From NCBI GenBank assembly GCA_963747095.1, contig CAVVEL010000022.1:3959-67958 (forward strand): a stretch of 64,000 nucleotides of DNA, given 5' to 3'. The notes beneath the pieces were generated by a model, which had not been told where the DNA came from, ran no database searches, and saw only the letters and a program-made list of their open reading frames with translations. How positions within the stretch are numbered: position 1 is the first letter of the stretch; each line of letters starts with the position of its first letter. Below are positions 1 through 8,850 of this stretch, in pieces. Origin of the DNA: Terriglobia bacterium (GTDB lineage Bacteria; Acidobacteriota; Terriglobia; JAJPHL01). Both the position numbers and the translations under genes were made by a program.

Positions 1-285
1 TTCCGGGTCCAGGCCCGGCACGGCATACACGTGAACGTGAATATCGACAAGACCCGGAGTCACATACAGGCCCTTGCAGTTGACGGCGCGCCGGGCCGAG
101 GCGGCGGGAATGGTTTTGGCTACGCGGGCAATCTTGCCGTTGGCGATGGCGACGTCGAAGATGTCGTTGCGGCGATTTTTGGCGTCAATCACGTGGCCGC
201 CTTTGAGCAGAAGGTCGTATTGCGGGGTCTGCGCCGAAATCGGGCAGGCGCAGCAAATGAAAGCGAGGATGGCCGCAAATCTCAT
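1..285 (-). CDS. amidohydrolase-family protein, N-terminal part (gene continues past window start)
   Basis: Minus-strand translation from ATG at 285..283 reads MRFAAILAFICCACPISAQTPQYDLLLKGGHVIDAKN...GLVDIHVHVYAVPGLDPE: signal peptide followed by the HxH metal-binding start of the amidohydrolase fold. Start codon overlaps the stop of the upstream MFS gene (ATGA). Not in the ORF track because it is truncated by the window edge. Confidence 0.55.
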   Translation of the reverse strand, partial: MRFAAILAFICCACPISAQTPQYDLLLKGGHVIDAKNRRNDIFDVAIANGKIARVAKTIPAASARRAVNCKGLYVTPGLVDIHVHVYAVPGLDPE

Positions 286-1520
286 AATGCTTCTCCGATC
301 TTTCCCGGCACCAGGAGCAGATAGGACAGGCAACCGAGCACCAACACAACTCCGGTGAAGGATAGCGCCACGCGAAAGGAGCCGGTTACATAAGCGATAT
401 AGCCGGTGAGCGCCGGCGCGATGATGCCGCCGATGTTGCCCCAGAAGTTTTGAAAGCCGGCCAACGTGCCGATCCATCTGCGCGGCGATATGGCGCTGGT
501 AATGGTCCAGGTATTGGGCGAGGCGATTCCCAGACCGATCAGGGAGACCGTCAACAGGGCCACGCACTTGTAGGGACTGGAGACCATTCCGGCGGGCACG
601 ATGAAGCAGCCGATCAGCAGGCCGGCGGTCAGAAAAATCTTGCGGGTTCGAACCTCTTCAAAACCGAGCGCGATCAAACGGTCGCTGAGGTATCCGGCCG
701 CGGGCATGGCGATGGACATACAAACCAGGGGCAGGGAAGCGAAGACGCCGGTCTGTTTCAGCGAGAAGTGCCGCTCCAGCGTCAAGTAGCCGGGCAACCA
801 TGTGGCATAGACGTACCAGGCGTAGTCATAACAAAGAAAGCCCAGGGAAACGCCCCACGCGGCGCGGTGGCGGAGCAAGGGTCCGAGCGCCGCGAGGGTC
901 AACGGCGAGTTGGCCGGAGCGCTGGGCTTGGCCGCTAGCGGGTGCGCGCGGAAGAACCAGAACCACACCAGCAGGAACGGCAATCCGGCGAAGCCGGTAA
1001 TTGCGAAGAGCGCCCTCCAGCCGTACGCGGACAACAGAATCGCGCCGCCCGCCGTTACGGCGATGATGCCGGCCCGCACGCCGACCGTGTAGATGCCTGT
1101 TGCCGTGCCTCGCTCCGATGCGGGAAACCACAGGGCCACGGCCCGGGTGCTGGCCGGAAACACCGCGGCCTGGCCGGTGCCGAGCAAAACGCGCATTGCC
1201 AGCAGCGCTCCAAAAGACCCGGTCAATCCAGACGCCGCGCAGGCCAGAGACCAAAGTAGAAACGACCATGCATAAAGAACCTTGACACCCACGCGATCCA
1301 CCAGCCAGCCCAGCGGCACCTGCAACAGCGCATAGGGCCAGAAAAATGCCGACTGCAGCACGCCCATGGACAGCGTATTCAAATGCAATTCGCGGATCAT
1401 CGCCGGCGCGGCTACCGAAAGCGCCGTGCGATGGATATAATTGAAGGTCAGTCCGGAGAACAACAAGGCTAGCAGCGTCCATCGGCCGGTGGGCGCGGCG
1501 GTCTCCGAGGGTGTTTCCAT
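282..1520 (-). CDS. MFS transporter (anion:cation symporter / sugar-acid type)
   Basis: 412-aa ORF with a multi-TM hydrophobic profile and typical MFS loop motifs (LVDRVGVKV, GLTGSFGALLAMRVLLGTGQA). Confidence 0.8.
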   Translation of the reverse strand: METPSETAAPTGRWTLLALLFSGLTFNYIHRTALSVAAPAMIRELHLNTLSMGVLQSAFFWPYALLQVPLGWLVDRVGVKVLYAWSFLLWSLACAASGLTGSFGALLAMRVLLGTGQAAVFPASTRAVALWFPASERGTATGIYTVGVRAGIIAVTAGGAILLSAYGWRALFAITGFAGLPFLLVWFWFFRAHPLAAKPSAPANSPLTLAALGPLLRHRAAWGVSLGFLCYDYAWYVYATWLPGYLTLERHFSLKQTGVFASLPLVCMSIAMPAAGYLSDRLIALGFEEVRTRKIFLTAGLLIGCFIVPAGMVSSPYKCVALLTVSLIGLGIASPNTWTITSAISPRRWIGTLAGFQNFWGNIGGIIAPALTGYIAYVTGSFRVALSFTGVVLVLGCLSYLLLVPGKIGEAL

Positions 1521-1554
1521 GGACTGGAATTGTATACCACATAAGGAAATTTCG

Positions 1555-1573
1555 TGATATCTAATACATCAGA
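1555..1573. promoter_or_regulatory. AT-rich recurrent motif, site 1 (TGATATCTAATACATCA) between the divergent MFS and IolB-like genes
   Basis: Seen directly. Member of the 12-copy TGATAT-N5-ATATCA family. A TAATAC hexamer ends 7 nt before the ATG at 1575, so the transcript may be leaderless. Confidence 0.45.
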
Positions 1574-1574
1574 C

Positions 1575-2342
1575 ATGACTCCAGCCGTCAAACCAGCCAA
1601 ACGATTTCCGGCGGATTCCGCCACCGCCGTCTACCGCCAGCGCTTTACACCGGCGGCGGCCAACCTGCTCTTTCTCAGTTGGGGAGAGTTCGATGTGCCG
1701 GGCGGAGGCGCGTCGGGAGAAACGACGATTCTTGGGCAGGAGATCCTTCTGTTCATGTGGAAAGGCTCGGCCGAGGTTCACGTGGCCGACGCGGTTTACG
1801 ACTTGCAGCCGTACGACACTTTGTATGTCACCCGCGACTTGCCTTTCCGGATCGTCAATCCCGGCCCCGATCGCGCCGTGGTTTTGCAGGCCTCTGCGCC
1901 GGCGGAGAAACGGCATCCCGTCTTCCATTCGCGCTTCACGGAATTTTCGAAGTGCGAGGAGCGCATCCGCCACCTCAAGGGCAAAGACGTTTACATGATG
2001 TTCGATGTCAGCGAGGGCGCCGACAAGCTGATCGCCGGATATACGTTTTTCCAGCCTTTCCAGAGATCCTGGCCGCCGCACAACCACACCGATCAGGAAG
2101 AAGCGTACTTCTTCATCAAGGGGCACGGTTCCATGGAGGTTTATGAATCGCCCGAGACGTTGAGCTTTGTGCACAACGTGCAGGAGGGCGACGTGGTGAC
2201 CATTCCGATGCTCAACTATCATCCGGTTTTTTCGCAAGAAGACCCGCTGGAGTTCATCTGGTGCATCGCCGGCGAGCGATATTGGGTGGGCGACAAGAAC
2301 AAGGCGTTCATGAATGGTACAGGACCTGCCATTACCACGTAG
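1575..2342 (+). CDS. bicupin sugar isomerase, IolB (5-deoxy-glucuronate isomerase) / KduI-like
   Basis: Start is ATG 1575 rather than the track start 1554. Cupin motif WPPHNHTDQEEAYFFIKGHG and VVTIPMLNYHPV resemble the IolB/KduI families. Family-level call only. Confidence 0.5.
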   Translation: MTPAVKPAKRFPADSATAVYRQRFTPAAANLLFLSWGEFDVPGGGASGETTILGQEILLFMWKGSAEVHVADAVYDLQPYDTLYVTRDLPFRIVNPGPDRAVVLQASAPAEKRHPVFHSRFTEFSKCEERIRHLKGKDVYMMFDVSEGADKLIAGYTFFQPFQRSWPPHNHTDQEEAYFFIKGHGSMEVYESPETLSFVHNVQEGDVVTIPMLNYHPVFSQEDPLEFIWCIAGERYWVGDKNKAFMNGTGPAITT

Positions 2343-3549
2343 CGCCGCCCCCGCGGATCTTCGGGGCAATCTGCTGGTGGCTCACGGCGGAGGTCCCACG
2401 GCCGTGATCAACTCATCGCTCTATGGTGTGATCCAGGAGGCATCCGGCCTGGAAGCGATCGACGGCGTTTATGGTGCGCGGTTCGGAACCGCGGGGTTGC
2501 TGAGCGGCGATTGGATTGATCTGCGCCGCCAGCCGCAGGAACAGGTCGAGGCACTGAAGCACACTCCCGCGTCGGCTTTAGGCAGCAGCCGACGAACCAT
2601 CGAAGACGGTGACTACGAATGCATCTTGGATCATTTTCGCCGCCAGGATGTCCGCTTCTTCCTGTTCAACGGCGGTAACGGAACCATGCTGGCCGCGGCC
2701 GAACTGGCGCGGCGGGCCGTTGCACAAGGCTATGAGTTGCGGGTGATCGGAATCCCCAAGACCGTGGACAACGACTTGGCGGGAACGGATCATGCCCCCG
2801 GCTACGGCAGCGCGGCCCGCTACATGGCCGTGACGGCTCTGGAGTTGGGCCGCGACAACCAGGCTCTTCCCTTTCCCGTTTGTATCTTCGAGGCCATGGG
2901 ACGAAACACCGGATGGCTGGCGGCGGCATCCACGCTGTTTGCGCGCCACGCCGATGATGGACCGCAACTGGTTTACGTGCCGGAGATTCCTTTTCACCGT
3001 GAGCAATTCCTGGCGGACGTGGAGGCAACGTACCGGCGCACCGGGCGCGCCTTCATCGTGGTGAGCGAAGGAATCCGCGACGAGCAAGGCGAGTTGTTTG
3101 TAACCTCGCTGGCCACCGATCGGGATGGATTTGGGCGGCCTCTGCCGGGCAATGTCTCGGTGCACCTGGCGGGTTTGGTGGGAAAGGAATTGCGGCTGCG
3201 TGTACGCAACGAAAAGCCCGGATTGTGCGCCCGCACTTCCATGGCGCATGTGTCGGCGACGGATCGCGCCGAAGCGGAAGAGTGCGGCCGCTATGCGGTG
3301 CGCGCGGCTGTCGCGGGGAACAGCGGCATGATGGTCAGTCTACGGCGCGCGTCCTATGATTCCGATTCCTCCCATACTTCCTATTGCTGTGAATACGCGT
3401 TAACGCCGCTCGACGATGTCGCCGGCCGCGAACAGCGCTTGCCAGTGGAATGGTTCAACGCAGAAGCCCGCCAACCAGGCCGGGCATTCTACGATTATGC
3501 CTTGCCGTTAACGGGCGATGACATTCCGCGGCACGCGCGCTTCAATTAA
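2314..3549 (+). CDS. pfk: 6-phosphofructokinase (PfkA family, ATP- or PPi-dependent)
   Basis: GGGPTAVINSSLYGV and IGIPKTVDNDL are hallmark PfkA motifs. About 29-nt overlap with the upstream gene. Confidence 0.8.
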   Translation: MVQDLPLPRSAAPADLRGNLLVAHGGGPTAVINSSLYGVIQEASGLEAIDGVYGARFGTAGLLSGDWIDLRRQPQEQVEALKHTPASALGSSRRTIEDGDYECILDHFRRQDVRFFLFNGGNGTMLAAAELARRAVAQGYELRVIGIPKTVDNDLAGTDHAPGYGSAARYMAVTALELGRDNQALPFPVCIFEAMGRNTGWLAAASTLFARHADDGPQLVYVPEIPFHREQFLADVEATYRRTGRAFIVVSEGIRDEQGELFVTSLATDRDGFGRPLPGNVSVHLAGLVGKELRLRVRNEKPGLCARTSMAHVSATDRAEAEECGRYAVRAAVAGNSGMMVSLRRASYDSDSSHTSYCCEYALTPLDDVAGREQRLPVEWFNAEARQPGRAFYDYALPLTGDDIPRHARFN

Positions 3550-3704
3550 CAGCCCTCTTGGGAAACCGCTGTTGCAGGCACACGACTTACCCTCCGCGAA
3601 CTCTCGAAAATGGTCGAAAAGCGGCGGGAACTGCGAAAGTTAGGATAGACCAAGCCAACGGGACCCCAATCGACCGGGACTCCGGTGTCGTCAGAAGGAC
3701 TGCT

Positions 3705-3840
3705 GGTGGGCACGTCGAGCCCCTGAACATCACCGCAGCGGTACAACTCGCGAGCGAACTCGGTCCCGGCAAGATCGTCACGACGGTGGTAGCGGACACG
3801 GGACTGAAATATCTCGCCGGCAACCTGCTTGCCAAGGCAA
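3705..3840 (+). pseudogene. 3' remnant of a cysteine-synthase/CBS-like PLP enzyme gene
   Basis: The translation NITAAVQLASELGPGKIVTTVVADTGLKYLAGNLL matches only the C-terminal ~45 aa of CysK-type enzymes (GISSGAA...IVVILPDTGERYLST). No upstream body. It sits in a read-through ORF (3558-3962) between pfk and the IS element. Confidence 0.35.
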
Positions 3841-4115
3841 AACTCGGCGCCGGCGGTCCTGCGGATCAGATTCGCTCGTGCAACGGGTTTTGCCGCGCCT
3901 CCAAACGCTATTACCGATGCGCTATTCCCACATACGCCGTCCTAAAGGCATTGGCCCCATAGAATCAGGGAATTAGCCTCGGCTCAGGCGACCTTCAGAA
4001 ATAGCACAAATCTGGCTCAAATAAGCTTCAGGCAAAGTTTCCCCAACCGCCAAGACTTCCTCGGCACCCAGGCCTGATTGTCGTTCCTACGCGCTACTGC
4101 GCGAAGGAGATGACG

Positions 4116-4199
4116 ATGAAGAAGCTTCAGATGGTTCTGGGCAGTTTGTTCCTGGTTTTGGCGCTCGCACAGATGGAGAACGCACAAACCGTTGTTCCA
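4116..4199 (+). pseudogene. 5' fragment (RBS + signal peptide) of a secreted retropepsin-like aspartic protease gene, cut by the IS630 element
   Basis: AGGAG RBS 6 nt before ATG 4116. MKKLQMVLGSLFLVLALAQMENAQTVVP is a Sec signal. The reading frame is interrupted exactly where the IS terminal inverted repeat starts. Confidence 0.45.
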
Positions 4200-5439
4200 T
4201 TCAAACTAGTGTATCGTTTCATTAAAATATCATCTCATCAAGAGACTCCGAACTTCCTCCACCGGTGGACCACGGGGGCCGCATTGATCTCGGCGATGCC
4301 CAGCAGGATACGGTCTCGCAACTCTTCCCAGGAGTGGACCCGAATGTGCTTGAGGAAAGTCCGCGCCATCTTGCCAAATAGACTCTCGACGATATTGAGC
4401 CAGGACCCATGCGTAGGCGTCAGGACGTAGTGGAAACGGTTGGGGCGGGTCGCCAGCCACGCTTGGGTTTCGCGGGAAATGTGCGAGGAGTGATTGTCCA
4501 GGATCAGACGGATGGAGCAGTCCGGCGGATAGTGGTGATCCAGGTCTTGCAGCAGGGCAATGAATTCAATGCTGCGATGGCGCCGCTCGACGCGCGCCGT
4601 AACGTGCCCGTCGTGCAGATCCAAAGCCGCCAAGATCGAGCAGGTCCCCAAGCGTTTGTATTCGTGGTCGCGGGTGACCGTGGGATGCTTGCCGGCAACG
4701 GGGGGCAGGTCTGGCGCGGTGTTGGCGATGGCCTGCAAGCCGGGTTTCTCATCCACCGAAACCGTGACCACCGGCAGGATCTGGTCGGAGGCTTGGCGCC
4801 CTTCATTCCGCAGGGCCACCGCTTGGTAGACCAGCAGGACATTGCGCATCTTCTCTTCAAACCGCGGGTCGCGCCGCTCCAGATAGTATTGGATCCGTTC
4901 GGGGTGCAGGGGTTGGTCGGCCAGAATGCGATGGACGGTGGCCTTAACGGCCCTGCCCAGGGAAGGATGGCCAGCCTCCACGGCGTGGGTTCGAACATGG
5001 TTGGCCAGAGCGCTCCGCGTCCACAGTTCGGCCGCATAACCGAGATCTTTTGGTTTCGTGCAAGCCACATGAACCACCCAGACCCGCGCTTCCTCGGTGA
5101 TGACGGGTTCTTTGGGACGATGCCAGGTGTCCTTCAGTGCGGCCAGCGGCCCCATCGCCAACGCTCGGTTGACCCATTTGGCAACGCTCTTTCGCGTTGT
5201 CCCCATGTTTCTGGCAATTCCGGCTACCGTCTCGCCGGCCGCGTAACGCAACAGGATCTGCGCCCGCTGCACCTCCCGGATCGGTGCCTTGGCCGACTGT
5301 CGAATCCGTTGTAGTTGCGCCTGTTGTTCCGGCGTCAGGTTAAGCTTCGGTCGTCGCGATTTGCCTGCCATGCTTTCAGCATAGCAGAAAACAGATCCAA
5401 CAGAATATGTTTTATTGAAACGCTATACTAGTTGACGGC
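4198..5439 (-). mobile_element. IS630-family insertion sequence (~1.24 kb) with imperfect ~28-bp terminal inverted repeats
   Basis: Left end TCAAACTAGTGTATCGTTTCATTAAAATA (4201-) and reverse complement of right end TCAACTAGTATAGCGTTTCAATAAAACA (-5438). Single transposase ORF inside. Local GC is lower than the flanks. No clean TA target duplication could be identified. Confidence 0.7.
4238..5371 (-). CDS. IS630-family DDE transposase
   Basis: N-terminal HTH (RAQILLRYAAGETVAGIARNMGTTRKSVAKWVNR) and C-terminal LILDNHSSH...LTPTHGSWLNIVESLF signature of IS630/Tc1-like DDE_3 transposases. Confidence 0.85.
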   Translation of the reverse strand: MAGKSRRPKLNLTPEQQAQLQRIRQSAKAPIREVQRAQILLRYAAGETVAGIARNMGTTRKSVAKWVNRALAMGPLAALKDTWHRPKEPVITEEARVWVVHVACTKPKDLGYAAELWTRSALANHVRTHAVEAGHPSLGRAVKATVHRILADQPLHPERIQYYLERRDPRFEEKMRNVLLVYQAVALRNEGRQASDQILPVVTVSVDEKPGLQAIANTAPDLPPVAGKHPTVTRDHEYKRLGTCSILAALDLHDGHVTARVERRHRSIEFIALLQDLDHHYPPDCSIRLILDNHSSHISRETQAWLATRPNRFHYVLTPTHGSWLNIVESLFGKMARTFLKHIRVHSWEELRDRILLGIAEINAAPVVHRWRKFGVS

Positions 5440-6195
5440 TATGTGATTATCGTGCAGGGAAGCATCGGAAACCTGGAGAGGCTGAGCTTTATTGTGGACA
5501 CCGGCACCTTCCCCACGGTGATTGACTCCGGCGTGACCGCCAAACTCGGCTTGCATGGCAAGCCGGATGCGGTGAAAGGCTTCGCGGCGAATGGGGTTGG
5601 TGAGAGGCTGACACTCCCCGGCTTGCACCTGGGGTCGGTAGATGCCGATGACCTCCCCGTCATTTCGTTTGATCTTTCGTACCTCCAAAAGGCACTTGGG
5701 GTCCACATTGACGCGTTGGTCGGGCCGGATGTGCTCAGCCGCGCCGGCACCTTCAAGATTGATTATCAGTCGCGCACGCTGGCGTTCGGCGACCAGCCGT
5801 CGTATGGACCAACGGCCTTGAGCCGCCCGTCGGCGCGGATGACTCCGGTGCCGTTCGAGAACCTGGGCATCATTAACGTGCAGGTGGGATATGCCGCTCT
5901 GCGGTTGCTCATGGACACGAGAACTGGCCAGTTTGTTCTTTTCAACAGCGGCAAGGCCCTGGAGATTGGCGGGACCCGCGTAATCGCCGCGAATACCTCG
6001 CGGGGAGATTTCAAGCATGACCGCGTTCAGCTTCCTCCCGCTCGTGTTGGAGACACAGATCTGGGGATGCCCATCGCGGTCGTCGATTCGTCTCCTCACT
6101 CGCCCTTGATTGATGGCGTCTTGGGTCCCGCGTCGCTCAAGGTTCGCAGCGTGGAATTCGATTACAACCACGGCTTGGTCTCTTGGGTGAGGTAA
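5440..6195 (+). pseudogene. 3' part of the IS-disrupted retropepsin-like (clan AA) aspartic protease gene
   Basis: VIIVQGSIGNLERLSFIVDTGTFPTVIDS carries the D-T-G aspartic protease motif. Joining 4199|5440 restores an in-frame signal-peptide + protease protein (...AQTVVP|YVIIVQG...). Confidence 0.5.
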
Positions 6196-6278
6196 GGAAG
6201 AAGAAGCGATCCACAGATTCCGCAGATTTCGCAGATGAGAACAAGAAGCAGATTAGAACAAGAAAAGGATTAGCCGTT

Positions 6279-6345
6279 GATCAACACGGATCAAACGCGG
6301 ATCAACGCGGATCACATCGATTTCTTCGTTGGTTTGATCCGCGTT
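6279..6345. repeat. four tandem ~10-11-bp repeats (GGATCAAnnCG) plus an inverted copy forming a 12-bp perfect stem (CAACGCGGATCA...TGATCCGCGTTG), upstream of the CadC-like regulator gene
   Basis: Seen directly in the low-GC region 6196-6500, which also contains GCAGAT and AGAACAAGAA repeats. The 10-11-bp periodicity is typical of winged-helix (OmpR/CadC-type) binding-site arrays. Confidence 0.5.
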
Positions 6346-6501
6346 GCTCCTTGCAAGTACGTGGCTGGTTTCTTCTTAATCCGCGAAATCTGTGGAATGT
6401 GTGGACGGGTTCTTTCGACCTGCGGTTTATATTTGCGCTCCCAAAGCTGGTACCTGGGTGTATGATGGCGGCATCGATTTGACAGACTGGGAGTCCGCGA
6501 A

Positions 6502-8632
6502 GTGGAGAGCGAGTTTCAGATTGGGACGTGGCTGGTTCAGCCGGACCTGAACTGCATCGTGGACAATGGCCGCAGGGTGCGCCTCGAGCCGAAGACGATG
6601 GAGTTGCTGGTCTGCTTGGCTTCGAGCGCGCCACAGGTGATGAGCAAGGAAGCACTGCTGGCCACGGTGTGGTCGGGGACCTTTGTCGGCGATGATGCGC
6701 TGACGCACGCCATATTCGAATTGCGCAAAGCGCTGGGCGACGACGCGCGCGAATCACGCGTGATCGAGACCATTCCCAAGCGTGGCTATCGCCTCAGTGC
6801 GCCAGTCCTACGCACCCACGGCCAGGATGCCAGTGCCACTGGGCCCGCAATCGCGCCAAGCCCCGCGTGGCGCCGCGGATTGCCGTGGGCAGTTGTCGGC
6901 GCGCTGGCGGGAGTCCTGATTGCTGCTGCCCCCATTTCTGCTGCTGCGACCGTCCGCACCCGCCAAGCCCGCGCCGCTGATCCATTTTGTCATTACGCCG
7001 CCGCCGGATGCACCGATCACCGGCGCTCTCGCGATCTCGCCGGATGGCAGTGAGATTGTCTACAGGAGTGAGTACCACGGACAGGCGCGTTTGTACTTGC
7101 GCTCGCTGGACAATCCCATCGTCAAGCAGATTCCTGGAACCGAAGACGCAACCCGCCCTTGTGTCTCGCCGGATGGGAAATGGGTTGCGTTCGTTGTTCC
7201 TGATCTTGGAAAGCGCGACGGGGAAGCAGAGGCCAGGGATACGCCGATCTACAAAGTACCTGTAGCGGGTGGAGAAAGGGTTTTGATCGCAAGGCCGGAT
7301 GGTGTTGTCGGCGGATTAAGCTGGACTTTGGACGGCATCCTCGCCGGCACGAAGCGGGGGATCTTTCGTTTGGCTTCGGCCGGGGGCGAACCAAAGCGAT
7401 TGACACAAGTGCAAAAAGGGGAAGACTGGCATGCAGCGCCGCAACTGCTTCCGGGCGGAAGGGCACTGCTGTTCACGATTGTCGGGTCTGGGTCTCCCCG
7501 GGCACAACGGGTAGCGCTCAAGGAGTTGCCTGACGGGCAACCGCGCGTGCTTCTCGAAAATGCATCTGGCGCGCGCTATCTCCCTATAGGGGAATTGCTT
7601 TTCAACCGCCGGGGACGGCGATACGCCGTGCCATTCGATCTGGAACACCTTCAGCTTGCAGGAACGCCTTGGCCGGTTTCGAGTCCGGATGGGCCGATGT
7701 CGGAGAACGGCACGCTCGCCTACACCTCGCCGGCGGCAGAAACCAAAACCGAAGCGGTGTGGGTGAACCGGCAAGGGCTTGCGTACCCCGTTTCGTCCTC
7801 GCTACCTCAGGGCGCGATGGCGGGCCCGGAGATTTCGCCCGATGGACGACGCATGGCTTTTCTCCAGGGAGACGGTATCTGGACGTTTGACTTTGAGCGC
7901 GAAGTGCCTGCGCTTCTTGTTTCCGACCCCACTATTGAACCACCCGTCTGGACGCCGGATGGTCACCGGCTCGCCTATACCAGGCAAGGATCTGTCTATT
8001 GGCGGCCGGTTGACGGGAGCGGCCCGGAAGAGCGGCTCGCGCGGCCGGACAACACCGGACGCAGAGGTACCCAATATCCCATATCCTGGTCCCCGGATGG
8101 CCGCGTCCTGGCTTTGACTGACATCGATCTATTTACATTCTTTGACCGCAAGATTCTGCTCTTCTCTTTGGATACCCGCACGCTGCGGCCTTTTCTCCAA
8201 GAACAATTTCACTCGCAGGTCGCCGCTATGTTTTCGCCCGACGGGCACTGGATCGCCTACGTTTCCGATGAATCAGGCCGATGGGAAGTACGGGTGGCTG
8301 CATATCCACAACCGGGACCGCAATTTCAGATCTCGAACGAGGGTGGCGCCGAGCCGCGATGGTCACGCGATGGCCGCGAATTGTTTTACCGCAACGGGCA
8401 AAAAATGATGGAAGTGAGGATTACCACGCAGCCTGCGTTCAACGCTTCCCGCCCGCGGCTGCTATTCGAGGGCTACGAGAACGCGAAAGGGCGGGATGCC
8501 AATTATGATGTTTCACCCGACGGGAAGGAGTTCCTGATGATTCGCGCCACGGGCTCCGCGCCTCCGGGCCAGATCCACGTGGTGCTGAACTGGTTTGAGG
8601 GGCTGAAGAAGGTATTAACGAGTGAGAAGTGA
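6502..8632 (+). CDS. CadC/ToxR-like membrane-anchored transcriptional regulator (OmpR-type winged helix + TM + periplasmic TolB-like PD40 beta-propeller); frameshifted near 6940-6990
   Basis: N-terminus LEPKTMELLVCLASSAPQVMSKEALLATVWSGTFVGDDALTHAIFELRKAL...IPKRGYRL is a trans_reg_C domain, followed by a TM helix. The continuation in the +1 frame (ORF 6920-8632) has PD40 repeats (SPDGKWVAF, SPDGRRMAF, SPDGHWIAY). The frame change lies near a C5 run, so this is either a genuine frameshift or a sequencing error. Confidence 0.6.
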
Positions 8633-8639
8633 AGCTTTC

Positions 8640-8850
8640 CGCTACGGAGCTTGCGACCGATCTGCCTCCGGTCGTTTTCCCGCAATTCGGCAAATCCGAG
8701 TTTCAATCGTCTACCTCGATGACGCATTCCTCCGGCATCACCGGTGGAATGTTTCAATGGAGACGCTCGCCAGCCGGGTCCGGCATTCCTCAACTACGCG
8801 CTGCCGTTAACGGGGCAGACATTCCGCGGCACGCGCACTTCAATTATTCT
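8640..8850 (+). pseudogene. decayed 3' remnant of a second pfk copy
   Basis: 8750-8850 aligns at ~80% nt identity to pfk 3440-3549. This includes the near-identical CCGTTAACGGG..GACATTCCGCGGCACGCGCNCTTCAATTA, but a 1-nt indel shifts the frame. Weaker homology extends to ~8640. Confidence 0.5.

Noticed and set aside
1554-1574. GTG 1554 as start of the IolB-like gene (MISNTSD...)
   Set aside because: These codons are the recurrent AT-rich motif itself. ATG 1575 directly follows a TAATAC hexamer. The motif is interpreted as promoter/operator, not coding.
3558-3962. 134-aa plus ORF after pfk
   Set aside because: No plausible start context. Only its middle ~45 aa resemble anything (CysK C-terminus). 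Treated as a gene remnant inside a chance read-through, not a gene.
6183-6482. small ORFs 6183-6482(+), 6277-6465(+), 6302-6757(-)
   Set aside because: Lie in the repeat-dense low-GC regulatory region upstream of the CadC-like gene. They have no coding signal, and the repeats explain the sequence better.
6920-8632. Treating 6920-8632 as an independent gene starting at TTG 6920
   Set aside because: No signal peptide or RBS. The upstream ORF ends in a TM helix followed by junk sequence, while the plus-one frame continues sensibly. A single frameshifted CadC-like gene is more parsimonious, though not proven.
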